Assembly: GCA_963743525.1 (NCBI GenBank)
Contig: CAVUQH010000003.1
Location: forward strand, 1,056,001 to 1,120,000
Length of the DNA: 64,000 nucleotides
DNA from: an uncultured delta proteobacterium
GTDB taxonomy: Bacteria; Myxococcota_A; Polyangia; Haliangiales; Haliangiaceae
Direction of reading: 5' to 3'
Shown here: positions 36,752-51,393 of the stretch, piece by piece
Layout of the letters: each line of letters starts with the position of its first letter
Numbering within the stretch: the first letter of the stretch is position 1
Translations under genes and position numbers: made by a program
The notes under the pieces: model-generated
What the model was told of the DNA's origin: nothing
Seen by the model: the letters and a program-made list of their open reading frames with translations, nothing else
Database searches by the model: none

Positions 36752-37423
36752 GTGTCGACGGACCGCAACTCCCCACCCGAACGCCCGATCGCCGCCGCCC
36801 TCTTCGACTTCGGCGGCGTCATCCTGTCGAGCCCGTTCGACGCCTTCGCCGCCTACGAGCGCGCCCACGACCTGCCCCCCGACTTCATCCGGACCCTGAA
36901 CGCGACCAACCCCGACACCAACGCCTGGGCCCGCATGGAGCGCAACGAGGTCACCATCGACGAGTTCTGTGACCTGTTCGAGGCCGAGGCACGGGCCGCC
37001 GGGGGCGAGGTCGACGCCCACGAGATCCTGGCCGCGCTGCGAGGCACGATCCGGCCTGCCATGGTCGAGGCCGTGCGCCGGTGCCGGGAGCGGCTCAAGA
37101 CGGCGTGCCTGACCAACAACTTCGTGGCTCCCGACGCCGAGCACCCCCAGGGCCGCATGGATCCCGAGAGCTTCGAGGGGGTCATGGAGCTGTTCGACGT
37201 GGTGGTCGAGTCGAGCAAGGCCGGGTGCCGCAAGCCCGATCCGCGCTTCTACGAGATCGCCTGCGAGGAGCTCGGCATCGAACCCGACCAAGCGGTGTTC
37301 CTCGACGACCTGGGCATCAACCTGAAGCCGGCGAAGGCGATGGGGATGACCACCATCAAGGTGGTCGACCCCGACGTCGCCATCGCCGAGCTCGAGCAGG
37401 TGGTCGGCTTCCCCCTGTCGTGA
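36752..37423 (+). CDS. HAD-family phosphatase (epoxide hydrolase N-terminal/ACAD10-like)
   Basis: LFDFGGV, LTNN, RKPDPRFY, FLDDLGINLKPA. Confidence 0.9.
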   Translation: MSTDRNSPPERPIAAALFDFGGVILSSPFDAFAAYERAHDLPPDFIRTLNATNPDTNAWARMERNEVTIDEFCDLFEAEARAAGGEVDAHEILAALRGTIRPAMVEAVRRCRERLKTACLTNNFVAPDAEHPQGRMDPESFEGVMELFDVVVESSKAGCRKPDPRFYEIACEELGIEPDQAVFLDDLGINLKPAKAMGMTTIKVVDPDVAIAELEQVVGFPLS

Positions 37424-37478
37424 CACGGGGAACGGACTCGTGAGCAGTCGCCATTGCAGCCTCGGAGCGGAGCGCCGA

Positions 37479-41141
<3,663 letters not shown>

Positions 41142-41183
41142 GAAGTCGCAGCGTACCGCCGGTGTGCCCGGCTCCCAGCCTCG

Positions 41184-41873
41184 TCAACTCAGCCGGGCGA
41201 AGGCCTCACACTGGTCGCTCGGCCCGGCCACGACGAGCACGTCGCCCTGGTCGAGGACCGTCTCCGCGGTGGCGTAGGTGAAGCTGGACCCGAGGGGTTT
41301 GATGGCCACGACCGTGATGCCGTACTTCGCCCGCAGCTCGAGCTCGGCCAGGCTGCGCCCCAGGATCTCGTACGGGGCGATCGTCTCCACCATGGCGAAG
41401 CTCGGGTCGAGCTGGAACCAGTCGATGATGCTCCCGCCGACCAGGTGGGCGACGCGCCGTCCCATCTCGTGCTCGGGATACACGACGGTGTGGGCGCCGA
41501 CCCGGCCGAGGATCCGCCCGTGCGGCGTGGTGACCGCCTTGGCGATGATGTTGGGCACCCCGAGGTCGGCGAGCCCCGACGTGGTGAGGATGCTCGCCTC
41601 GATGTCGGAACCGATGCCGACCACCGCGTTGCCGAAGTCCCGGGCACCGATCTGCTCGAGCACGGCGGCGTCGGTGGTGTCGGCCTCGAGGGCGTGGGTG
41701 AGCACGTCCGTCAGCTGCTGGACCCTGCGGGTGTCGGTGTCGACGCCGAGCACCTCGAAGCCCAGGTCGGTGAGCTCGCGGGCGACGGCGCCACCGAAGC
41801 GGCCGAGGCCCACGACGAGGACCTGCGAGTCGGCGGCGGACCGGCGTTGACGGGATCGGATGTGGTCAGCCAA
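41184..41873 (-). CDS. ktrA: Ktr/Trk potassium uptake NAD-binding subunit
   Basis: VVGLGRFG, VVGIGSDIEASIL, VVYPEHEMG, TrkA-C domain. Confidence 0.9.
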   Translation of the reverse strand: MADHIRSRQRRSAADSQVLVVGLGRFGGAVARELTDLGFEVLGVDTDTRRVQQLTDVLTHALEADTTDAAVLEQIGARDFGNAVVGIGSDIEASILTTSGLADLGVPNIIAKAVTTPHGRILGRVGAHTVVYPEHEMGRRVAHLVGGSIIDWFQLDPSFAMVETIAPYEILGRSLAELELRAKYGITVVAIKPLGSSFTYATAETVLDQGDVLVVAGPSDQCEAFARLS

Positions 41874-43223
41874 TGATCGGGCGCTCCTCGGGATGGCGGT
41901 ACAGCCGGTCGTGCTGACGCATGACCAGCCCGGCGAACAAGGTGATGGGCCCGACGCGGCCGAGGAGCATCAGACCGGTGATGACGAGTTGCGAGGTGAC
42001 GGGCAAGGACGGTGTGAGGTTCGCAGACAGTCCGACGGTGCCCAAGGCGGAGATGACCTCGAAGAGTACGTCCGCTCGCGGCAGACCTGCGCTCGCCATC
42101 AAGAGCATGGTGGACGCGACGACGACGCCGATGGCGAGCAGGGCGACCGTCAGGGCTTGACGCTGCACGTTCTCGGGGATGCGGCGCTCGAACGCCACCA
42201 CGTCGGGGTCGCCGCGGACCTCGGCCCACATCACCCAGCCGAGCACGGCGAACGTGGTGACCTTGATGCCGCCCGCCGTCGATGCGCTGCCGCCGCCGAT
42301 GAACATGAGCACCTCGGTCAGCAGGCGGGTCGGCTCTCGCATGGAGGCGGATGTCGAGGCTGTTGAAGCCGGCGGTGCGCGGCGTGACGCTGTGGAAGAA
42401 GGCGTTGCTCAGCGAGTCCCACCACGAGAGCGGGCCCAAGGTGTCGGGGTTGGTCCACTCGAACCACGCGAAGAGCGCCCACCCGGCGAGGATCAGCGCG
42501 ATGACGGTCATGATGGTCAACTTGGCGTGCAGCGACCACCGCGCGGCGGTTCAGCCGGTGGCGGCCGATCTGCGACCACACCGGGAGACCGAGCCCGCCG
42601 GCGATGATGGCCACCGCGATGGTCGTCAGGAGGAACGGATCGCGCTGGTAGCCCATCAGGCTGTCGGAGAACAGCGCGAAGCCGGCGTTGTTGAACGCCG
42701 ACACCGAGTGGAAGACGCCCAGGTACACGGACCGGTGGATCGACTCGCCGTAGGTCGTCGCGAACCGCACCGCGAGGAGCACCGCACCGAGCGCCTCGGC
42801 GACGACGGTCAGCACCGCCACGTTGAGCAGGACCCGCCGGACGTCGGACATGTCCATCGTCCCGCTCTCCTCGGCGGCGATCAGGCGATGGCGCAGGCCG
42901 AGGCGTCGGGCGAGCACGGCGACGAGCAGCGAGGACAGCGCGATGATCCCGAAGCCACCGACCTGGATGAGCCCCATGATCGTCACCTCGCCGAAGGTCG
43001 ACCAGTGCCCCGCCGTGTCGACCACCACGAGGCCGGTGACGCACACCGCCGAGGTCGAGGTGAACAGGGCGGTGACGAACGTCGTCGACTGCCCGGGCTC
43101 TGCGGCGATCGGCAGCCACAGGAGCAACGCACCCAGCAGGCTGGCGCCGGCGAACGCGACCACGACGTACTGCGCGGGGTGGCGCAGGGTTCGCCAGGAA
43201 CCGGTCGCACGGCGGAGGGGCAC
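41866..43223 (-). CDS. ktrB: Ktr/Trk potassium uptake membrane subunit (frameshifts)
   Basis: TSAVCVTGL, SAFNNAGF, PRTAGF, STAGGIKVTT, SALGTVGLS, GRVGP. Confidence 0.92.
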
Positions 43224-43325
43224 GGCGGTGCACGCTACGGCCCGGTCGCCGGCCCGCGCCGACGCCGTGGCTCAGCGGTTCACCTAAACCACCACTTCGC
43301 GCAACCGATTGGATAGACCGTGTTC

Positions 43326-43562
43326 ATGGCGCACACCGCGACGACCGCACGGTCTGTCGGTGCTGGAGCCCGGGGGGGCCACGCCGAGCGACTCCGCTCG
43401 CTCGTCGACACCGCAGTCACCGTGACGACCTACGACGGCACGATCTCCGGGTCGGTGCTCAGCTGCACCCGGCGCTCCGTCTGGCTCATCTGCGACGACG
43501 TCGACCACGTCATCGCGCTCGACGACATCCTCGACGTCGTCGCCCACAACCTCGCCGCGTAG
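43326..43562 (+). CDS. Small Sm/LSm-like (YuzF/DUF2642-like) protein
   Basis: LRSLVDTAVTVTTYDGTISGSVLSCTRRSVWLICDDVDHVIALDDILDV gives a helix plus five-strand pattern; clean ORF. Confidence 0.65.
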   Translation: MAHTATTARSVGAGARGGHAERLRSLVDTAVTVTTYDGTISGSVLSCTRRSVWLICDDVDHVIALDDILDVVAHNLAA

Positions 43563-43570
43563 GCGGACCC

Positions 43571-44410
43571 TCAGCGCTTCCTGGTCGTCGACCGACTGCG
43601 CTTGGCCGGGTAGCGCAATGCCACCGCCGCCTCGGGCGCCAGGTTGCGGAAGGTCATGCTCTCCTCGATGACGAACGTGACCGACTCGGCGTCGTGGCTC
43701 ACGTAGCCCACCGACAGGTCCTGGCCGGAGACCAACTCGAAGTCGCCGCCACGCATCGACACGACCGCCGATCCGTTGACCGCAGGCGCCCAGACCAGCG
43801 GACCGCCGGTGATGAGCTTGAGGTGCTCGAGCACCGGGTACCCGCCCTTCTCGGTGCCTTCGATGACGCCGGCGTAGCAGACCGGGCCCAGTGCGATGGC
43901 GTACGGGCCATCCACACCCTGCTCTCGAAGCGTGGCCACGGCCCGCGAGACCAGGCGTGGGAACTCGGCGTAGTCGTCGCCGATCTCGATGGCGTCGTGC
44001 GGGGACGATGCGGCGATGCCCTGGATGCCGGCACCACCGTCGCCCTCGAAGATCAGCGAGTCCTCGGCACGGGCCATCCGGCGCGCGGCGTCGACGACGG
44101 GGTCGAGATCGACGTCGGTGGCGCCCCGGTCGAACGCATCGAGCTCGCCGAGGTCGAGCCGGAACTCGGTGCGCAGCTCGACGAGCGGCTGCACCTGCCG
44201 GGTGGCGGTGGCGACGCCGTCGGCGCCGGCGAGCTCGATCGGATCGACGCGACCGGTGGACACCGACGCGGTCTCCCAACCCAGCGGACCGGTGAAGTCG
44301 ACCACGTGACGACCGGCCAGGAAGTTGGACAGCGCCCGACTGGCCTCCTCGTCGATCTCGGACCAGGCGGCGTCGCTGATGGGCGCCAGGTGGCGGCGGA
44401 GATGGCTCAC
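43571..44410 (-). CDS. Family 1 encapsulin shell protein (Linocin M18-like)
   Basis: HLRRHLAPISDAAWSEIDEEA, VDFTGPLGW, PLVELRTEF, AEDSLIFEG, GGYPV, RGGDFELVSGQDLSVGY, ESMTFR. Confidence 0.96.
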   Translation of the reverse strand: MSHLRRHLAPISDAAWSEIDEEASRALSNFLAGRHVVDFTGPLGWETASVSTGRVDPIELAGADGVATATRQVQPLVELRTEFRLDLGELDAFDRGATDVDLDPVVDAARRMARAEDSLIFEGDGGAGIQGIAASSPHDAIEIGDDYAEFPRLVSRAVATLREQGVDGPYAIALGPVCYAGVIEGTEKGGYPVLEHLKLITGGPLVWAPAVNGSAVVSMRGGDFELVSGQDLSVGYVSHDAESVTFVIEESMTFRNLAPEAAVALRYPAKRSRSTTRKR

Positions 44411-44820
44411 AGGGTGGACCTCCCTCGAAGGCTGCGGATTCCCAGATCACCGGCACTGGCCTGGCGGCCACCACCAGGCTCGTCGGGTGCCGGCGACTCG
44501 GCCGACTCGTCGGCTTCCACGACCTCCTCGACCTCGAGGATCGGCAGGTCGGTGAACAGGTAGGTGCGGAGCTGCTCGTCCCAGCCGGGATCGTTGCGAC
44601 GAAGCCACTCCAGCGTCATGGCCGCGTGCTCCTTCTCCTCGTCCCGGTTGTGGGCGAGGATCGCCGCCAGCTCGGCGTCGCCGGCGGCATCGACCCGCTG
44701 GTCGTACCAGTCGACCGCCTCGCACTCCTCCTGGATGGAGACGATGGCCCGGTGTCGGTCCATGGTCTCCGGACGGAGCACGTCGGGATCCTCGTGGAAG
44801 CTGTCGCTCGCGCCGGCCAT
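44407..44820 (-). CDS. Encapsulated ferritin-like protein (EncFtn/Flp) with C-terminal cargo-loading peptide
   Basis: HRAIVSIQEECEAVDWYDQR...AHNRDEEKEHAAMTLEWLRR...LRTYLFT, C-terminal GDLGIRSLR; GTGA overlap with the encapsulin gene. Confidence 0.95.
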   Translation of the reverse strand: MAGASDSFHEDPDVLRPETMDRHRAIVSIQEECEAVDWYDQRVDAAGDAELAAILAHNRDEEKEHAAMTLEWLRRNDPGWDEQLRTYLFTDLPILEVEEVVEADESAESPAPDEPGGGRQASAGDLGIRSLRGRSTL

Positions 44821-44916
44821 ACCCCTGTGTCTATCGCCGTCTTCGCCGGTTCCGAACGGGCGACCACGCGATCGAGGGCTTCGTGCCCGCCGAAGGCGCC
44901 TCATAGGGTGCGGCCC

Positions 44917-46594
<1,678 letters not shown>

Positions 46595-46601
46595 CCCCAC
46601 C

Positions 46602-46654
46602 CGAAAATGTCGTCTGTTGGTCACACCTGTTGTGACGAATCGACGAGATTTTCG
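46602..46654. repeat. Imperfect AT-rich intergenic palindrome (REP-like or terminator)
   Basis: CGAAAAT..TCGTC..GTCACA-cctgt-TGTGAC..GACGA..ATTTTCG directly after the ettA stop. Confidence 0.55.
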
Positions 46655-46680
46655 ATGCCGGTCGGATAGAACGGCCGGTC

Positions 46681-48981
46681 ATGGCAGCATCGGGCAGCAT
46701 CCTCGGCACTCGGGTCCAGCGCGTCGAGGACCCCTCGCTCCTGCGGGGGCGGGGCACGTTCATCGACAACGTCGCACCTCGGGACGCCCTGTACCTGACC
46801 TTCGTGCGGGCGATGACCGCCCACGGACGCATCGGGTCCATCGAGGTCGACGACGCTCGGGCCATGCCCGGCGTCGTCGCCGTCTTCACCGCCGACGACC
46901 TCGACCTGGAGCCGCTCACCTCCAGTGCGCTGCTCGACCATTCCGTCGCCCAGCACGTGCTCGGCGCGTGACGTGGTGCGCTTCGTCGGCGAGCCCGTGG
47001 TCGCCATCGCCTCGGAGACCGCCCAACAGGGAGCCGACGCCGCCGAAAGCGTCTGGGTCGACGTCGAGCCCCTCCCGGCCGTCACCGATCTCGAGGCGGC
47101 GGCGTCGGGCGAGGTGCTGGTGCACCCGGAGCTGGGTAGCAACCTCGTCCTCGACAAGGGCGAACCGGTCGGCGCCGACCAGCTGGCCGAGCACGAGGTC
47201 GTCGTCAGTCAGCGCATGGTCAACCAGCGCATGGCACCGGTACCCCTCGAGGGGCGGGTCGCCGCCGCCCGCTGGGACGGCGACCGACTGACCCAGTGGT
47301 CGTGCACGCAGGGCGCCCACGGCACCCGCGACGAGCTGGCGTCGGTGTTCGGCCTCGACCCGTCGCTGGTGCACGTCATCACCCCCGACGTCGGAGGCGG
47401 GTTCGGCGCCAAGCACGGCACCACCCCGAGGAGCTCATGGTGGCCTGGGCCGCCCGGCAGCTGGGCCGCACCGTGCGCTGGACCGAGACCCGCTCGGAGA
47501 ACATGGTCGGCATGGTCCACGGCCGGGGCCAGGTGCAACACGCCAGCCTGGCCGGCACCCGCGACGGCACGCATCACCGGCTACCGCCTCGACGTGCTCC
47601 AGGACGGCGGCGCCTACGCCGGCAGCGGCTGCGTGCTGCCCTACATGACCCGGCTGATGGCACCGGGGTGCTACGCCATCGACGACTGCCGGGTGCGCGA
47701 TCCGCTCGGTCGTCACCAACACCACCACCGGTCGGCGCCTACCGCGGCGCGGGCCGGCCCGAGGCCGCCGCCGCCATCGAGCGCATGGTCGACCGCTTCG
47801 CCGCCGAGATCGGCATGGACCCCGTCGAGGTGCGGCGCAAGAACCTGCTGCCGCGCCGACGCCTTCCCGCTGCGCACCGCCACCGGCGGCCAGCTACGAC
47901 AGCGGCGACTACGAGGCCGTGCTCGACGAGGTGCTGCGAGGCCGCCGGCTACGACGACCTGCGTGCCCGAGCAGGCCGACGCCGCGAGCCGGCGGCGGAT
48001 CCACGCCAGCTCGGCATCGGGCGTGTCGGTCTACGTCGAGATCACCAACGTGCGGTCCCAGGCGCGAGTACGGCTCGGTCGAGATCACCGCCGACGGCGG
48101 TGCCATCGTGCGCACCGGCTCGTCCGCCCACGGGCAGGGCCACCACACGGCATGGGCGATGCTCGTGAGCGACCGCACCGGGATCCCGCTCGACCGCATC
48201 GAGGTCCGCCACGGCGACACCGACCGACGTCCCCCGAGGCGGTGGCACCGGCGGGTCCGAGTCACTGCAGATCGGCGGCTCGGCCGCCGCAGGCCGCCGC
48301 CGAGCTGGTGGTCGACGAGGCCCGGAAGCTCGCCGCCGACCTGCTCGAGGCCGACCCGGCCGACATCGTGCTCGACCCGGTGGCCGGCACGTTCGCCGTG
48401 GCCGGCACGCCGGTCAGCGCCCGGACCTGGGCCGACCTGGCGGCCGCGGCGCCGGCCAAGGCATCGACCAGCTGTTCGCCGAGACCGACTTCACGCCCGG
48501 CGGCTCGACGTTCCCGTTCGGCGCCCACGTCGCCGTCGTCGAGGTCGACACCGACACCGGCCAGGTGCGGCTCGTCCGCCACGTCGCCTGCGACGACGCC
48601 GGCACCATCATCAACCCGCTGCTGGTCGACGGGCAGGTGCACGGCGGCGTCGCCGCAGGGCATCGGCCAGGCGCTGTTCGAGGAGGTCGCGCTACGACGA
48701 CGACGGCAACCCGCTGACCACGACGCTTCGCCGACTACGCCTTCCCGTCGGCGGCCGAGCTGCCGATCGTTCGAGCGCATCCCCCACGGAGACGCCGACG
48801 CCCCACAACCCGCTGGGGGCGAAGGGCATCGGCGAGGCGGGGACCATCGGCGCCACGCCGGCGGTGCAGAACGCCGTGGTCGACGCGCTTGTCCCACCTC
48901 GGGGTGCGGCACATCGACCTGCCGCTCACCCCCGAGCGGGTGTGGCGGGCGATCCAGGACGCCCGCGCGACGATCAGCTGA
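46681..48981 (+). CDS. Xanthine dehydrogenase family molybdopterin-binding subunit (CoxL form II-like; frameshifted)
   Basis: [61 protein letters not shown]. Confidence 0.92.
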
Positions 48982-49483
48982 GCGCGTCCAGGATCGCCTT
49001 GTTGAACGCGGGAAGGTCGTCGGGGTTGCGCGACGTGATCAGGTTGTCGTCGACGACGACCTCCTCGTCGACCCAGTCGGCGCCGGCATTGATGAGATCG
49101 GTCCTGATGGAGGGCCAGCTGGTGAGCGTGCGGCCCTTCACGACGCCGGCCTCGATGAGCAGCGAACCGGCGTGGCAGACGGCCGCCACCGGCATGCCGC
49201 GCTCGACGGCTTCGCGAACGAAGCCGACCATGCGCTCGTCCATGCGCAGCTTGTCCGGGCTGTAACCGCCAGGGATCACCACGGCGTCGTAGTCGTCGAG
49301 GGACACCTCGTCGATCGAGCGGTCGGGCGTGGCGCGGACGTTGCCGCGCTTGCCTTCGAGCTCGGTTCCGGTCTCCGTGCCGATGACGTCGACCTGGTGG
49401 TCGTGCTCGGTCAGGAACGTACGTGGGCTGTCGAACTCCTGGTCCTCGAAGTCCGCAGCGAGAGGGATCGCGATTCGTGCCAT
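48974..49483 (-). CDS. PfpI/DJ-1 family protein (type 1 glutamine amidotransferase-like)
   Basis: [19 protein letters not shown] (catalytic Cys), [10 protein letters not shown]. Confidence 0.93.
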   Translation of the reverse strand: MARIAIPLAADFEDQEFDSPRTFLTEHDHQVDVIGTETGTELEGKRGNVRATPDRSIDEVSLDDYDAVVIPGGYSPDKLRMDERMVGFVREAVERGMPVAAVCHAGSLLIEAGVVKGRTLTSWPSIRTDLINAGADWVDEEVVVDDNLITSRNPDDLPAFNKAILDALS

Positions 49484-49492
49484 GGTCGTGCA

Positions 49493-49518
49493 CTACCCGA
49501 CGACGAGGCTCGGAGAAC
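49493..49518 (-). promoter_or_regulatory. Putative SigB/SigF-type promoter of the pfpI-like gene
   Basis: GTTC-N16-GGGTAG, 9 nt upstream of the ATG. Confidence 0.45.
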
Positions 49519-49523
49519 GACGG

Positions 49524-49886
49524 TCAGCGGATCGGCGTGGGCCTCGCAGGTCGGCCAGGCGACACCACTCGAGCGTCTGGATGTGCGTGGCCTCGAGCAC
49601 GACGCCGGGCGCCTTCCCCGCCTCGAACGCCTCCTGCCACCGGGGTGCGCACAGGCACCACTGGTCACCGTCACGCAGGCCGGCGAACCCGAACTCGGGC
49701 ACGCGGCGTCGACAGGTCGTTGCCCGCCGCCTTCGAGAACTCGAGGAACTCGTCGGTGACCACGGCGCAGACGGTGTGCACGCCCATGTCGTCGCCGCCG
49801 GTGTTGCAGCACCCGTCGCGGTAGAACCCGGTCACGGGATCGAGCGAGCAGCTCTGCAGTTCGGTTCCCAGCACGTTCTTGGCCAT
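49524..49886 (-). CDS. DUF2237 family protein
   Basis: NVLGTELQSCSLDPVTGFYRDGCC, HTVCA, GNDLSTP, GDQWCLCAPRW; end approximate. Confidence 0.9.
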
Positions 49887-49937
49887 GGGACCCAGTGTGG
49901 CTCGTCCGTGTGTCCGTCGGGTGTGTGGCACAGGCGC

Positions 49938-51328
49938 TCACGCCGCCGCCACGGCAGCGTCCAGGTCGATGTCGTCGGCCGGGGCGGCCCGACCCGTGCG
50001 AGCGTCTCGCCCAGGCGTTCGCCGACCGCCGGATCGGCCATCACGTCGCCCGGATGGGCGAACACGCCGAGAATGCGCAGCAGATGCCGCCACAGGACGG
50101 GATCGTGAGCCGCCGCGTGGCGGAACAGCGCACCCGGATCGGTCGGCGGAGCCGTGTCGCCCTGCGCCACCGCCCGCATCCGCTCGAGGTCGGCGCGATC
50201 GGGCTCGACCGTCTCGCGCCACCAGCGCTCGAAGTGCTGGTTCAACCAGGCATCGTGGGCCTCGGTGACCTCGGAGGGGCCGTCGACGGTGCGCAGGACG
50301 TCGCGGAGACCCACGGCGTGCATGGCCGCGAACGTGCAGCCACGAGCCTTGGCCGGGTTCGTCGCGCCGATGGCGTCCCCGACGCCCGCGATTCCCGTGA
50401 GACACGGCTGGCCCTCGACCACGTACCGGCGCCGGCTGTCGAGGGGCGTGAACATCGGCAGGATCCCGCCCACCGGGTCGGCGAGCTCCGGATCGGTCCA
50501 CGCCCGGGTCTCGGCACGACTGCGCAGGAGGCGCAGCAGCGTCTCCTGATCGGCGAGGACCCGGAACTTCCGCTCGCTCGCCGGCGCCACGACGGTGATG
50601 GAGAACCAGCCGTCGTCGGCCATGACCCGCAGCAGCTGCGCCGACCCGATGGTGACCGCCGGAAGGCCGTCGATCGGTGGCAACTCCCTGCCCGGACGAA
50701 GTCGGAACCACTGCGTCCAGTAGGCGATTCGGAACTCGGTGGTCTCCTCGGACGGCCGTCGGCCCCCCGCTTCCTCGACCCAGCCCGGGACCGATGTGCG
50801 GGCGCCGGAGCAGTCGACCACCACGTCGCCGGTGAGCATCCCGCCGTTGGTGGCGAGCCCACGGACGCGCTGGTCGTCGCCGGTGACCAGACCTTCGCTG
50901 ACGACACCGGAGCGCAGGTCGATCCGAGGATCGTCGTCGGCCGCGTCGGCGCAGCACGTGCTCGAGCGTGCACCGTCGAGCCGCCAGCAGGACGAGACGT
51001 CGTCGCCGGCCTGCCGCGGCCCGATGTCGCCGACCGTCGGCGGCGGGTTACCGACCAGGTCGTACTCCACTGCGCCGGCTTCCAGGAGCCGCGTCCAGAC
51101 GTGTGGCAACTCGTCGACCAGGACCCGGCGGAACCTCGGGAGAAAGGCGTGGGACTGCCGGAACTGCCGCACCGATCTCCGGTCCCAGGCCTCCCACGAC
51201 TCGCGGGGCTCCCGGGACGGAGGTGCGGGATCGCGCTCGGCCACCGTCACGTCGTGACCGTCGGCCGCCAGGAGCAGCGCCGTCGACAGCCCCGCCACAC
51301 TTCCACCGTTGATACATACTTTGACCAT
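49938..51328 (-). CDS. FAD-dependent oxidoreductase/monooxygenase
   Basis: Rossmann VCINGGSVAGLSTA...VAERD, VVDCSGART, VGDA...NPAKARG; a few indels. Confidence 0.85.
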
Positions 51329-51393
51329 GGCTCCAACGTCCCCGACGGGGATGACGCCGACCTGAAGCGAGCATAAAGGCACCGATCTGATCC

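Noticed and set aside
43571..44410. Prophage capsid gene (HK97 fold)
   Set aside because: Family 1 encapsulin motifs plus a cargo gene; no phage genes nearby.
44810..44830. GGGTAT as a SigF-type -10 box for the EncFtn gene
   Set aside because: It overlaps the start codon itself and no matching -35 or alternative start is evident.
46681..48981. Bona fide aerobic CO dehydrogenase (form I)
   Set aside because: Lacks AYxCSFR; no coxM/coxS or accessory genes adjacent.
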